From Acidimicrobiia bacterium (GTDB lineage: Bacteria; Actinomycetota; Acidimicrobiia; Spongiisociales; ZC4RG35), in the NCBI GenBank assembly GCA_041748855.1, contig JBGTCK010000062.1, positions 7,672 to 71,671 of the forward strand: a stretch of DNA of 64,000 nt. Direction: 5' to 3'. Positions 28,940 to 38,613 of this stretch are shown one piece after another; position 1 is the first letter of the stretch, and each line of letters begins with the position of its first letter. The notes beneath the pieces were generated by a model. It was not told the origin of the DNA. It ran no database searches and saw only the letters and a list, made by a program, of their open reading frames with translations. The translations under genes were made by a program, and so were the position numbers.

Positions 28940-31450
28940 TTACCGACCGCCCCCTGAACCCGGGCCCTGTTCATCGAACTCCCTCTCGGGCCTGACCATT
29001 GGTTGCATCTCGGTGGTTGTTGGAAACGAGCGGTGCCAGCCCGAGCCCTCCACCACCTTCGTAGTGAGTCTGCGCCAGTCGTAGGGTTCGTTGGCCGGGA
29101 GCTCGCGGAGGATATCTGGAACCACTTTGGCCCAGCCGACTGCTCTCAGGGCAAAAATCATGACGGTCCCGGTCAGGGCGACGACGCCGACTGCGGCAAG
29201 AAGCACCACGGTTCTGGGCAACTCGAGGGCGAAGAAGTCGCGAAGGGCCGGATTCGTCATCGTCACCAGTAGCAGTCCGGCCATGGTCGCGATCAGACCC
29301 TTCTTCCATGGCACCAGCGGACGGGCGACGATGCCCAGTACAAACAAGCCGATGGCGGCAAGGACGAGAGTTGCGGTCGTACGCGCTTGTTCGATGGACG
29401 AGCCTTCGAGATCGGCGAGCCAGTAGGCAGCGAACGTGGCGAGGGTCGCCGTCAGACCCGTTGGTAGAGCGAACTTCAGAACTCTGGACACGAAACCGGC
29501 ACGACTACGGCGCTTGGAAGGAGCGAGGGCGAGGAAGAAGGCGGGGATGCCAATGGTCAGGCTTCCGACCAGAGTCAGGTGGCGGGCAAGGAAGGGGAAG
29601 GGCAGCGTCGAGAGGACGATCGCCAACGACAGCCCAACCGCATAGACGGTGCTGGTGATGAAGAGGTTGGCAACGCGTTCGATGTTGGAGGTGACCCGTC
29701 GCCCTTCAGCCACAATTCCGGGGAGGCTGGAAAATCGCCCGTCGATGAGCACAAGCTGGGCAACCGATCGGGAGGCCGGGGCCCCGCTCCCGATTGCGAT
29801 GCCGATGTCGGAGTCCTTTAGCGCGAGCACGTCGTTGACGCCGTCGCCGGTCATGGCCACGACGTGGCCACGCGATTGCATGGCGCGGACCATGGCCCGC
29901 TTCTGGTTGGGTGACACCCGTCCGAAGACGTTTGCGGTTTCCATGAGTGAGGCAAGTTCATTGGGGTCTTCGGGGAGGTGGCGGGCATCAACGACACGGT
30001 CGGCCCCATCGAGGCCGACCTTGCGGGCAATGGCCGCCACGGTTTCCGGATGGTCGCCTGAGATGACCTTGATCTTCACCCCCTGCTCGGCGAAGTAGCG
30101 CAGGGTCTCGGCTGCGTCGGGCCGGACCTGATCAGAGAGAACGAGGATCGCGACCGGGGTCACGTCGGGCGGCAGGAGGCTCCCCGACAGCGGCCTTCGG
30201 CTGCTTCCGACCAACAAGATCCGATTTCCCCCGGCCGACAGTTTGGAGACCAGCTCCATCGCACGGGTGTCGTTCGGTGCCACGACATCGGGAGCTCCGA
30301 TGACCCATGTCCCATCGCCGAAGAAGGTGATGCCACTCCACTTTCGGGCAGAGGAGAATGGGACCGAGACCTGAACGCCCCATCCGGGATCGTCAGGGAA
30401 CGCTGCGGCGATCGCCGCAAGAGTTGCGTTGGGGTGGGTCTCCGAGGCGGCGATGGCCGCCAACGCCGGCCCGGGGTCTTCGCTGGTGAGGAGCACCAGC
30501 TCCTCGACGGTGAGCGTGCCCTGAGTCAGAGTCCCCGTCTTGTCGAAACAGACCGTGTCGACGCGGGCCAGGCCTTCGATGGCGGGCAGCTCCTGTACGA
30601 GCACGTTTCGTTGTCCCAGCCTGATCACACCTACAGCGAACGCGATCGATGCCAATAACACGAGGCCCTGAGGGATCATGGCCACGCCGGCCGCTACCGC
30701 GCCGCCGAGACCCTCCTTCCAGGTTCCCCCACCTCGGGTCGCACTCCATACCAGGAGCACTCCCATGGGGACCACGACCCAGCTAACCACTCCGAGAATC
30801 CAGTTGATCCCATCTCGCAGTTCGGAGCGGACCAGCGTGAATCGTTTTGCTGCGTGGGCTAGACGTGCCGCGTAGGAGTCGTCGCCTACCCGCGTCGCTC
30901 GGTACCGGCCCGACCCGGCGGCGACAAAGCTTCCCGAAAGGCACTCATCGTCGGGCTGTTTGAACACAGGGTCGGACTCTCCGGTGAGCAGTGATTCGTC
31001 GATTTCCAGACCGTTTGATGTGGTGACTAGCCCGTCGACAGCCAACTGATCGCCGGGCTGAAGCTCGATCAGGTCGTCGAGGACGATCCTCTCGACGCCA
31101 ACCTCTCTCACCTCCCCGGCCCTCACCGCCCGGACTTTGGGAGCTGCTACCAGCTCTAACCGATCGAGTGTGTGTTTCGCCCGCAACTCCTGGACGATCC
31201 CGATCGCCGAGTTGACGACGAGGACGATTCCGAACAAGGCGTCCCTTGGCTCGCGGAGGACCACGAGGACAACGATGAGCAGGGCCCCGAGGAGGATATT
31301 GAAACGGGTGACGACGTTGGCGCGAACGATCTCACCGGTGGTGCGCGTCGGTTTTTCGGAGAGCCGGTTGACCAAACCGGCTTCCATCCGCTGGCGTACC
31401 TCGCCTGGGGTAAGCCCCTGTTCTGGTGAGGCTGTTTCGAGGGTCGTCAT
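28940..31450 (-). CDS. Cation-transporting P-type ATPase (CtpE-like)
   Basis: TGES, DKTGTLT, SGD, GDGVND; the M4 motif reads PQGL. Confidence 0.92.
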   Translation of the reverse strand: MTTLETASPEQGLTPGEVRQRMEAGLVNRLSEKPTRTTGEIVRANVVTRFNILLGALLIVVLVVLREPRDALFGIVLVVNSAIGIVQELRAKHTLDRLELVAAPKVRAVRAGEVREVGVERIVLDDLIELQPGDQLAVDGLVTTSNGLEIDESLLTGESDPVFKQPDDECLSGSFVAAGSGRYRATRVGDDSYAARLAHAAKRFTLVRSELRDGINWILGVVSWVVVPMGVLLVWSATRGGGTWKEGLGGAVAAGVAMIPQGLVLLASIAFAVGVIRLGQRNVLVQELPAIEGLARVDTVCFDKTGTLTQGTLTVEELVLLTSEDPGPALAAIAASETHPNATLAAIAAAFPDDPGWGVQVSVPFSSARKWSGITFFGDGTWVIGAPDVVAPNDTRAMELVSKLSAGGNRILLVGSSRRPLSGSLLPPDVTPVAILVLSDQVRPDAAETLRYFAEQGVKIKVISGDHPETVAAIARKVGLDGADRVVDARHLPEDPNELASLMETANVFGRVSPNQKRAMVRAMQSRGHVVAMTGDGVNDVLALKDSDIGIAIGSGAPASRSVAQLVLIDGRFSSLPGIVAEGRRVTSNIERVANLFITSTVYAVGLSLAIVLSTLPFPFLARHLTLVGSLTIGIPAFFLALAPSKRRSRAGFVSRVLKFALPTGLTATLATFAAYWLADLEGSSIEQARTTATLVLAAIGLFVLGIVARPLVPWKKGLIATMAGLLLVTMTNPALRDFFALELPRTVVLLAAVGVVALTGTVMIFALRAVGWAKVVPDILRELPANEPYDWRRLTTKVVEGSGWHRSFPTTTEMQPMVRPEREFDEQGPGSGGGR

Positions 31451-31565
31451 CCGGAGCCAGCATACGTGTGCCAACAGCTCGAAGAGAAGGTTGATGCACC
31501 ACTCAAGATTTGGCCTTCACGATGCCGATGGAGAGATACGGCCCGTCGAGTTCAGGAGCGTTTGG

Positions 31566-31814
31566 ATGAAATGTGTGAAATGTGGCAGGCGGGCGGCATT
31601 CATATGTCCCATTGGCACCATGTGCCCCACCGACGCTCTGCTCACTGCGGCGTTTCACGACTGGATCCCGGCCCATATCCGATCCGAGGACCACCTGGAG
31701 CGAGTGCCGGCTGAATACCTCAAGACTTTCCACCCCTGGAATGATCCCTCCGTTTCGTCTCAACCAGCTAGCGATGCTCCCGCTCCCGGAAGTCGTACCT
31801 CGCCTGCACACTGA
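31566..31814 (+). CDS. Small Cys-rich (putative Zn-finger) protein, 82 aa
   Basis: MKCVKC..CPIGTMC; AGGAG 7 nt upstream. Confidence 0.6.
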   Translation: MKCVKCGRRAAFICPIGTMCPTDALLTAAFHDWIPAHIRSEDHLERVPAEYLKTFHPWNDPSVSSQPASDAPAPGSRTSPAH

Positions 31815-31956
31815 CCTCGGCATCGACGGACAGCAGCCATGCCAGTCGGCTGCCTCAACGAGCTTCTGATTTCTCGTATCAAAGTGACCGACGCGCCTCT
31901 CTCAGAGGTCAGAGCTTCGGAGAGTCCGAGGTTCCCCACCCCTGAGAGGCGAAATC

Positions 31957-32160
31957 GTGAGAAGGATCCAGGAGAAGTTGTCGGTCGAGAAGACGATCTG
32001 GCAACCGATATCGGTGCCGATGGCTCGGTTCATCGCGTTGGAGCAGATGGCGAGGTCAGCGAGGCCCAGAAGCCGTTTCAAGGTCGCACTCCGCCGAACC
32101 AGCCTCCACACCGCCAAGAACGAGCTCCGGAAGCCGTTGACCCAGTCGCCCAGTGTCTGA
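31957..32160 (+). CDS. Possible small basic hypothetical protein
   Basis: GAGAGG upstream of GTG; fills the intergenic gap; no recognised motif. Confidence 0.3.
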   Translation: MRRIQEKLSVEKTIWQPISVPMARFIALEQMARSARPRSRFKVALRRTSLHTAKNELRKPLTQSPSV

Positions 32161-32181
32161 CACCCTGGCTTTGGATTAGCG

Positions 32182-33210
32182 TCAGGACACTTCCACGATC
32201 GACTTGCCCCTGGCGTGACCGGCCGCCTGGTACGCAAGCGCGTCAATCGCATTGTCGAACGTGAACCGGCGGTCGATGACCGGCCGGAGCTTTCCTTCCT
32301 CGACCATCCGGGCAAGAAGCGCCCCGTCTTCGCCGCTTGCTGCGGCCGTCTTGCCGGCGATGCGCTGGCTCCAGAACTTGGAGCGGATCGCTCCCGCGAG
32401 CATTCGGTCGAGAGGGCGGATCCACTTTCCCTTTTCGCCGGTGACCATCACAAGGACCCCGTCGTCGGTGAGCATCTTCTTCGACTCGCTAAGGCTCTTG
32501 CTGCCTGCATTGTCGAAGAACACGTTGAAAGTGTCGTCGATCTCGGTGAAGTCTTCTTTGGTGTAGTCGACCACCCGGTCGGCACCGAGTGACCGTGCGG
32601 TCTCCACATTTGCTGTGCTGCAGACTGCGGTGATGTGGCTGGCGCCGAGGGCTCGGGCGATCTGAATGGCAAATGTGCCCACACCACCGGAAGCTCCGTT
32701 GATCAGGACGCGGTCTCCCGGCTTCATTTCAGCCCAGTCGCGGAGACCCTGGAGCGCGGTAAGGGCGGCCACCCCAAGCGTGGCACTCTCCTCGATGGGA
32801 AGACTTGCGGGTCGGTGGGCGAGGTGCCGTGCCTTACCGGTTGCATACGAGGCAAAAGCACCGCCACCGATTTCTCCGAACACCTCGTCTCCGGGCTTGA
32901 ACCCGGTGACCTCAGACCCGATCTCAACGATAGTTCCAGCGACGTCTGCGCCCGGGATCAACCTCTTCGGGGTGCGGAAACCGTTCTGGAGCCGCAAGAA
33001 GTAGGGAGTTCCGGTCATGAAATGCCAGTCGAGGGCGTTCACCGACGATGCTGCTACCCGGATCAGCACCGCGTCGGGCTCGATTTCGGGAATCGGCACA
33101 AAGCCCCACTCAAAGACATCATGGGCAGTTTCGCCGTATGCGTTCTGCCTCACGGCTTGCATCGTCGTGGTGGTTGGTGGTCTAGGGACCGTCTGTTGGC
33201 GATCTTCCAT
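32182..33210 (-). CDS. NAD(P)-dependent oxidoreductase (MDR/quinone reductase-like)
   Basis: VNALDW, GADVAG, NGASGGVGT, RPVIDR. Confidence 0.9.
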   Translation of the reverse strand: MEDRQQTVPRPPTTTTMQAVRQNAYGETAHDVFEWGFVPIPEIEPDAVLIRVAASSVNALDWHFMTGTPYFLRLQNGFRTPKRLIPGADVAGTIVEIGSEVTGFKPGDEVFGEIGGGAFASYATGKARHLAHRPASLPIEESATLGVAALTALQGLRDWAEMKPGDRVLINGASGGVGTFAIQIARALGASHITAVCSTANVETARSLGADRVVDYTKEDFTEIDDTFNVFFDNAGSKSLSESKKMLTDDGVLVMVTGEKGKWIRPLDRMLAGAIRSKFWSQRIAGKTAAASGEDGALLARMVEEGKLRPVIDRRFTFDNAIDALAYQAAGHARGKSIVEVS

Positions 33211-33223
33211 TTGATTTGCTCCT

Positions 33224-33283
33224 TTTACAATGTAAGGGCAGCGTACTTGTACAATGTAAGGCTGTCAAGACTTATGATGTACG
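33224..33283. promoter_or_regulatory. Three TetR boxes (CTTAC-N3-GTAAG-like) in the divergent promoter
   Basis: tTTACaatGTAAG 33224, tgTACaatGTAAG 33248, CTTAtgatGTACG 33271. Confidence 0.75.
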
Positions 33284-33301
33284 GCTAGAGTTGATGGAGC
33301 A

Positions 33302-34009
33302 ATGACCGCCGAAACGGACCCGGAGACAAACATAAGGCGTCCGCTAACCAAGCAGCGGATACTCGCCGCCGCAGTGGCCCTGGCCGACGACGGTGGTCTC
33401 GATGCCCTCACCATGAGAGCATTGGCCGATGCTCTCGGTGTCGAGGCAATGTCGCTCTACTACCACGTCGCCAACAAAGAGGCATTGCTCGATGGTGTCG
33501 CCGAGGTGGTCGTCGAGGAGATCCTGGAAAACAATGCTGACCTGCCGCCCGCGACAGGCCCCGGAGACTGGAAGCAGGCGATGCGGTCTCGCATTCAGGG
33601 TGCCCGCCAGGTCATGCTCCGGCACAAGTGGGCGCCATGGGTTCTCGAGTCACGGACCACGATGAACGGCGCGGTCCTGCTCTACTTCCACGGCTTTCTC
33701 GAGATCTTCCGGGCCGGTGGCATGTCCTACGACCTGGCTCACCATGCAATGCACGCTTTGGGTAGTCGGGCTCTAGGTTTCAGCCAGGAGATGTTCAACC
33801 CGGCGCCCGGGACCGAAGATGAGGGAGATGATGAGGAGCTATTCGCCGAGATGGCCGCCGAACTCCCCTTGTTCTTCGAGTTCATGGAAGCCATTGCTCA
33901 CGATGACCCCGATGACCAAACTCTGGGGTGGTGTGACGATCAGACCGAATTCGAGTTCGCTCTCGACCTGATGCTCGACGGCCTCGACCGTCTCCGACAA
34001 GAAGGCTGA
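33302..34009 (+). CDS. TetR-family regulator with TetR_C domain
   Basis: LTMRALADALGVEAMSLYYHVANKE; EFEFALDLMLDGL. Confidence 0.92.
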   Translation: MTAETDPETNIRRPLTKQRILAAAVALADDGGLDALTMRALADALGVEAMSLYYHVANKEALLDGVAEVVVEEILENNADLPPATGPGDWKQAMRSRIQGARQVMLRHKWAPWVLESRTTMNGAVLLYFHGFLEIFRAGGMSYDLAHHAMHALGSRALGFSQEMFNPAPGTEDEGDDEELFAEMAAELPLFFEFMEAIAHDDPDDQTLGWCDDQTEFEFALDLMLDGLDRLRQEG

Positions 34010-34077
34010 TTTCCCCCAGCACGTCTGGCTCAAGACCGCTTTGCCGTGGTTCATTCTCGCACTCGGTGAAGTCTTCC

Positions 34078-34131
34078 TTGACAATCTTACGATGTACGGT
34101 CTATCTTACACCGTATGACTTACATCGTACG
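34078..34131 (+). promoter_or_regulatory. TTGACA promoter with three CTTAC-N3-GTA boxes
   Basis: CTTACgatGTACG 34086, CTTACaccGTATG 34105, CTTACatcGTACG 34119. Confidence 0.8.
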
Positions 34132-34154
34132 AACGACGAGACGGAGCAGCACCA

Positions 34155-35132
34155 GTGCAAAACATCATTGAGGCGCGCGGCCTGGTCAAGAGATACGGGG
34201 ACATCGAGGGTTTGACGGGGCTCGACCTCAGCGTGCCTGAGGGGTCCGTCTTGGGGTTGCTAGGTCCGAACGGCGCAGGAAAGACGACTGCGGTTTCAAT
34301 TCTCACCACCCTGCTCGAACCTGACGCCGGCACGGCAAAAGTGGCTGGAGCAGACATTCGAAGTGAGCCTGGCGAAGTCCGCAAGCGCATCGGCCTCAGC
34401 GGCCAGTACGCCGCAGTAGACGACTACCTGACCGGTTTTGAGAACCTCGACTTGATCGGTCGGCTCTATCACCTCGGGCGGAAGCAGGCGCGAAGGCGTG
34501 CTCACGAGTTGCTCGAGAGGTTTGATCTTGTCGAGGCCGGCAGCCGCCCGGTCAAAGGCTACTCGGGCGGGATGCGCCGCCGCCTCGATCTGGCGGGAGC
34601 CCTCGTCGCTGCGCCCCCAGTCTTGATCCTCGATGAGCCGAGCACCGGTCTTGATCCGCGCAGCCGCGCACAGCTATGGGACATCATCCGCGAGCTGGTC
34701 GACGGAGGGTCCACCTTGCTGCTCACCACGCAATATATGGAAGAGGCCGACCAGCTCGCCGAGGACATTGTGGTAATCGACCGGGGCCGTGAGATCGCCC
34801 ATGGCTCACCCGATCAGCTCAAGAAGATGGTTGGCGGCGAGCGCATGGAGATAGCACTCTCCTCGGAGGCAGACTTGGATGAGGCGAAGCGGACTATCGC
34901 TCCTTTTGCTGTAGGTGCTATCCACGGGACAAGGACTGCGGTGACGGCGCCGATCTCCGGAGGGGTGGACACAATGACGCTGGTGCTGCGCGCTTTTAGC
35001 GCCGCCGGCATCGAGTTGGAGGACGCCGGACTTCGCCGGCCCACACTCGACGACGTGTTTCTCTCCCTAACCGGCCACGGCACTGAGGGAGCCACCGAGC
35101 CCGCACTCGTCGACATGAAGGAGGCGAGCTGA
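34155..35132 (+). CDS. DrrA-family ABC exporter ATPase
   Basis: GPNGAGKT, GQYAAVD, YSGGMRRRLD, TTQYMEEAD, PTLDDVFL. Confidence 0.92.
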   Translation: MQNIIEARGLVKRYGDIEGLTGLDLSVPEGSVLGLLGPNGAGKTTAVSILTTLLEPDAGTAKVAGADIRSEPGEVRKRIGLSGQYAAVDDYLTGFENLDLIGRLYHLGRKQARRRAHELLERFDLVEAGSRPVKGYSGGMRRRLDLAGALVAAPPVLILDEPSTGLDPRSRAQLWDIIRELVDGGSTLLLTTQYMEEADQLAEDIVVIDRGREIAHGSPDQLKKMVGGERMEIALSSEADLDEAKRTIAPFAVGAIHGTRTAVTAPISGGVDTMTLVLRAFSAAGIELEDAGLRRPTLDDVFLSLTGHGTEGATEPALVDMKEAS

Positions 35133-35932
35133 TGGCGGTATTTGCCGACTTCTTCGCCGACGGATTCAACATCGCACGTCGGAACATGATCAAGGTGCTC
35201 CGCGTCCCCGAGATCCTCGTCTCGGTGCTGGTGACACCCGTCATCATGGTGGTGATGTTCGCCTATGTCTTTGGTGGAGCCATCGATATCCCGGGTGGTT
35301 CCTACCGCGAATTTCTCGTAGCCGGGGCATTCGCCATGAATCTCAGCTTCGGCGCAACATTTACCGGAGCCGGCCTCGCCGAAGACATGCAAAAAGGGAT
35401 CATCAGCAGGTTTCGTTCTCTGCCCATGTCTCGGTCGGCTGTCGTGTTCGGTCGTACCAGCACCGATGTGCTCTATAACATTATGACGCTCGTAGTGATG
35501 GCCGGAGCCGGGCTCCTGGTCGGCTGGCGGATCCACAATGGGTTGGCGAGTGCGGTCGCAGGCTTCGCCGTGTTGCTGGCGTTTGCGTACGCCCTCTCAT
35601 GGATCATGGCGTACGTCGCCCTGCTCGTACCGACCCCTGAGATCATCAACAGCACGGCGTTCATGGTCATTTTTCCGCTGACCTTCATTGCCAACACCTT
35701 CGTGCCTGCAGAAACTCTCCCTGGCCCGCTGCGGGTGTTCGCCGAATGGAATCCCGTTTCGGCTGTCGCCCAGGCTGCACGTGAAGCATTCGGCAACATC
35801 CCGCCGGGTACACCTGAGCCGACCGTTTGGTCCTTGCAGAATCCTGCGCTTTACACCCTGATCTGGGTCGTCGTCATCGTCGCCGTCTTCGCCCCGCTGG
35901 CGGTGCGGCGCTACCAGAAGATGGGCTCCTGA
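35132..35932 (+). CDS. DrrB-family ABC-2 permease
   Basis: DMQKGIISRFRSLPMSR, WNPVS. Confidence 0.9.
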   Translation: MAVFADFFADGFNIARRNMIKVLRVPEILVSVLVTPVIMVVMFAYVFGGAIDIPGGSYREFLVAGAFAMNLSFGATFTGAGLAEDMQKGIISRFRSLPMSRSAVVFGRTSTDVLYNIMTLVVMAGAGLLVGWRIHNGLASAVAGFAVLLAFAYALSWIMAYVALLVPTPEIINSTAFMVIFPLTFIANTFVPAETLPGPLRVFAEWNPVSAVAQAAREAFGNIPPGTPEPTVWSLQNPALYTLIWVVVIVAVFAPLAVRRYQKMGS

Positions 35933-35988
35933 ACCTCGGATTACCTATCTCGAGGACTGCGATCTGCCGATCCGTTCGCTAGCTGACG

Positions 35989-36228
35989 CTATTGATTCCC
36001 GTCAACCCCCGCCCCGTCTTCGGTCTCCGAAGGATTCGCGATCATTCGCTCCGCACCTGGTCCAGCGGGGCGGGATCCCGGAGGATATTCCTCACCTGTC
36101 GGTCCCGGGTTCTCGGGCAAGTCTCGTTCGGTGCTGTCCTCGGGATGTCCTTGCCGGAGCAGTGCCATTACTGCCCAGAACGCGCCCAGACCCACGAGTA
36201 TGAGCAGAACGATTCCGAAGGTGTCCAT
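35989..36228 (-). CDS. Small single-TM protein with acidic/Pro tail
   Basis: N-terminal TM helix; SigF-like promoter upstream. Confidence 0.65.
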   Translation of the reverse strand: MDTFGIVLLILVGLGAFWAVMALLRQGHPEDSTERDLPENPGPTGEEYPPGSRPAGPGAERMIANPSETEDGAGVDGNQ

Positions 36229-36238
36229 GTCGAATGCC

Positions 36239-36264
36239 TACCCCGGAGACAGGTGGTTGAAACC
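36239..36264 (-). promoter_or_regulatory. SigF/SigB-type promoter GGTTT-N16-GGGTA
   Basis: Matches the mycobacterial SigF consensus; about 10 nt before the ATG. Confidence 0.6.
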
Positions 36265-36361
36265 AGGCACCCACGGTTGGCCGGGCGGGACGTCTCATGG
36301 GGCTGGTTCGACGAAGCGGGTGACCACCCAGCGGCGCTAGGGCTTCTGATACTCTGGCCGC

Positions 36362-36721
36362 GTGGAAGGTCGAAAGCGTTTTGGCAGCCGTGAAGTGCGC
36401 AATATCTCCGGCAGCCTCGCCCGCGACCATCTTGCCAACGAACGGACCTTTCTCTCCTGGATCCGCACCTCCCTGGCCTTTGTCGGGCTTGGGATCCTCC
36501 TCTCCGAGCTGGTCGAAGTCGAGGGAACCAAGGCCGAACTTGTGGGACTGGGGCTCATCGTTGTCGGAGCGGTGTCTGCGGTGAGTGCAACCGCGCGATA
36601 CCTGCGCCTCGGGCGCCACATCGACGAGGGCCTCTACGAGTCTTCGACGTTTGGGCCGCTCTTCGTGGGATTGGTCACGATCGTGGTCGCCATTCTCGGG
36701 GTTGTCTTCATTCTCAGCTGA
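36362..36721 (+). CDS. YidH/DUF202 membrane protein
   Basis: RDHLANERTFLSWIRT. Confidence 0.9.
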   Translation: MEGRKRFGSREVRNISGSLARDHLANERTFLSWIRTSLAFVGLGILLSELVEVEGTKAELVGLGLIVVGAVSAVSATARYLRLGRHIDEGLYESSTFGPLFVGLVTIVVAILGVVFILS

Positions 36722-36766
36722 GGAGGGCCGTTTCCTCAAGAGCCCAGAGGTCTTCGAGTTTTCAGT

Positions 36767-36805
36767 TTGACAGTCTTACGTTGTATGATTACCTTACGCC
36801 GTATA
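36767..36805 (+). promoter_or_regulatory. TTGACA promoter with two CTTAC-N3-GTA boxes
   Basis: CTTACgttGTATG 36775, CTTACgccGTATA 36793. Confidence 0.75.
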
Positions 36806-36825
36806 ACAGACCCAATGGAGGAACA

Positions 36826-37581
36826 ATGGTCAATGCGCTGGCGACTGCCAGGAATAGCAAACTGGATGGAGCCTCGAGCTCGAGTTTTCCGGCATTGAAG
36901 AGAACGGCCCGGGTTACCGGGCTTTGGTATGCCGCACTTGCAATCACAGGAATGGTCGGATTCTTGGTCGTTCGCCCGCAGATCTTCGTCGAAGGTGATG
37001 CTGCGGCGACCCTCGCCAACCTCGTCGGAAACGAGTCACTGGCCCGCTTGGGCCTCGTGGCGGAGATGGGCATCGTGGGGGCGCAGGCACTTGTCGCGGT
37101 CTGGTTCTACAAGCTGTTCCGGAGCATCAACCATGGAGCGGCGTGGGCGCTGGCAATCTTCGGGATGATGAACGCGGTGGCCATCCTGGCCAGCGCTGCT
37201 TTCCTCGCGACTGCGTTGAGCGTCGCCGGTGACCCCGGCGTTGCCATCGGCGGCGATTCTGCCGGCACGGTCCAGCTCATGTACGAGCTGAGCGCCAACA
37301 GCTGGGGTGTCGGTGCGTTGTTCTTCGGCTTGTGGCTGATCCCGATGGGATACGTTGCGGCCACCTCTGGTCGCATGCCCGTGTGGCTGGGACGGATCCT
37401 CATCGTCGGTGGGGTCACCTACATGCTGAGTACCTTCGTGGGATACGGCATTGCCAACGCCGAATCGTGGTTGGTCGAAGGTCTGCCTTACGTCGCCACC
37501 ATCGGCGAGTTCTGGATGATCGGCTACCTCCTGACGGCCGGAATCCGGCCGCCGGATCTGTCTAATGATGGGGTCGCTTAG
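36826..37581 (+). CDS. DUF4386-family membrane protein
   Basis: ARVTGLWY, GDAAAT, FFGLWLIPMGY, P.WLG, GEFW; GGAGG RBS. Confidence 0.8.
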   Translation: MVNALATARNSKLDGASSSSFPALKRTARVTGLWYAALAITGMVGFLVVRPQIFVEGDAAATLANLVGNESLARLGLVAEMGIVGAQALVAVWFYKLFRSINHGAAWALAIFGMMNAVAILASAAFLATALSVAGDPGVAIGGDSAGTVQLMYELSANSWGVGALFFGLWLIPMGYVAATSGRMPVWLGRILIVGGVTYMLSTFVGYGIANAESWLVEGLPYVATIGEFWMIGYLLTAGIRPPDLSNDGVA

Positions 37582-37605
37582 AGTATTCCCGGTGACCGCT
37601 ATGCC

Positions 37606-37720
37606 GTGCGAGTGAATCCGCGACCCCCACAGGTTGAAACCGCCCTTGGCCCAATTCCAGCCGACAGGCTGGGCATGACTCTCATCCACGAGCACATCTT
37701 TCATGACCTCACCGTGCTAG
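37606..37720 (+). pseudogene. N-terminal relic of a phosphotriesterase-family gene
   Basis: VETALGPIPADRLGMTLIHEHIF, after which similarity ends against the convergent gene. Confidence 0.75.
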
Positions 37721-37732
37721 TACGCGCCCGGA

Positions 37733-38233
37733 CTAGAGGTCGGGTTTTGCGCTGTTTATGGCGTAATCCTCGACCAGACGTCCGCCACGGACGGTGGAAC
37801 CGATCACGAATCCTGCCGAGATGAGAACGGCGTTCTTGACGATGTATTGGCCCTCGAGAGTCAGCACCAACGGGAAGTCTGACCAGATCTGGCCCGGGAA
37901 GATGAACAGCGGCGTCAGTGTGCCGGCCATCTGGAGAAAGAGCAGCAGCAGCGTCACCCTCAGGAACCGACCGACCAACAACCCGAATCCGATGACGAGC
38001 TCGAGGCCGGCGAGGCCTAATCGGGCGGCGTCCTCCGACAGGAGTCCGAAGGTGAGGGCCATCGTGGTGTCGGTGGCGATCTGGTCGGCTGGGCTTAGGC
38101 CGGGAACGAGTTTGAGGGCGCCGAACCAGATGAAGATGAGCCCGATACTGCAACGGAGAATTGTGATGCCGAGCTTCGCCATCCAGTGGGTGACACGCTG
38201 ATCGACTGTGTCGAAGAGATCCCGAAAGCCCAT
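37733..38233 (-). CDS. DoxX/DUF417-family membrane protein
   Basis: LRCSIGLIFIWFGALK, SPA, TLEGQYIVKN. Confidence 0.85.
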   Translation of the reverse strand: MGFRDLFDTVDQRVTHWMAKLGITILRCSIGLIFIWFGALKLVPGLSPADQIATDTTMALTFGLLSEDAARLGLAGLELVIGFGLLVGRFLRVTLLLLFLQMAGTLTPLFIFPGQIWSDFPLVLTLEGQYIVKNAVLISAGFVIGSTVRGGRLVEDYAINSAKPDL

Positions 38234-38242
38234 GAGCCCAGG

Positions 38243-38467
38243 CTAGGGCACGTAGTATCTGAGAGGACGTCCCTGCGAGCGCATCCGGATTCGTCTTCGG
38301 GCTGGACAACCGGCCGATTGGAGGCGCGGGGCCCTACCAACCAGCTCGTGCAGCAACCGGCCCTTGCCGACTCCGGCGGACCCGAGGATGGCGATGCCCG
38401 TCCCCGATTCGATCAACTCCGACATTTGGTCGAGAGCGGCCTCGCGTCCTACCAGAGGCCACTACAT
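38243..38467 (-). pseudogene. Truncated STAND/AAA ATPase (LuxR-AAA type) relic
   Basis: ATG-TAG then WPLVGRE...ILGSAGVGKGRLL (Walker A); the frame ends after about 75 codons. Confidence 0.75.
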
Positions 38468-38613
38468 TCCTGCATAAACCTAGACGATCGATCGAACTCA
38501 TGAAGTCCCGAATGAGTGAGCGCGGCTGCACAGAGGACTGGACTTGGATTTCGGCGGCAGAATCTCGCCTTGGCTCTAAACCTGGGACTTCGCGAATATC
38601 CCTCGGAGGGGAG

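Noticed and set aside
31880-31955. Possible structured ncRNA (CCTCTC-TCAG...CTGAGAGG)
   Set aside because: Pairing is imperfect and matches no riboswitch I know.
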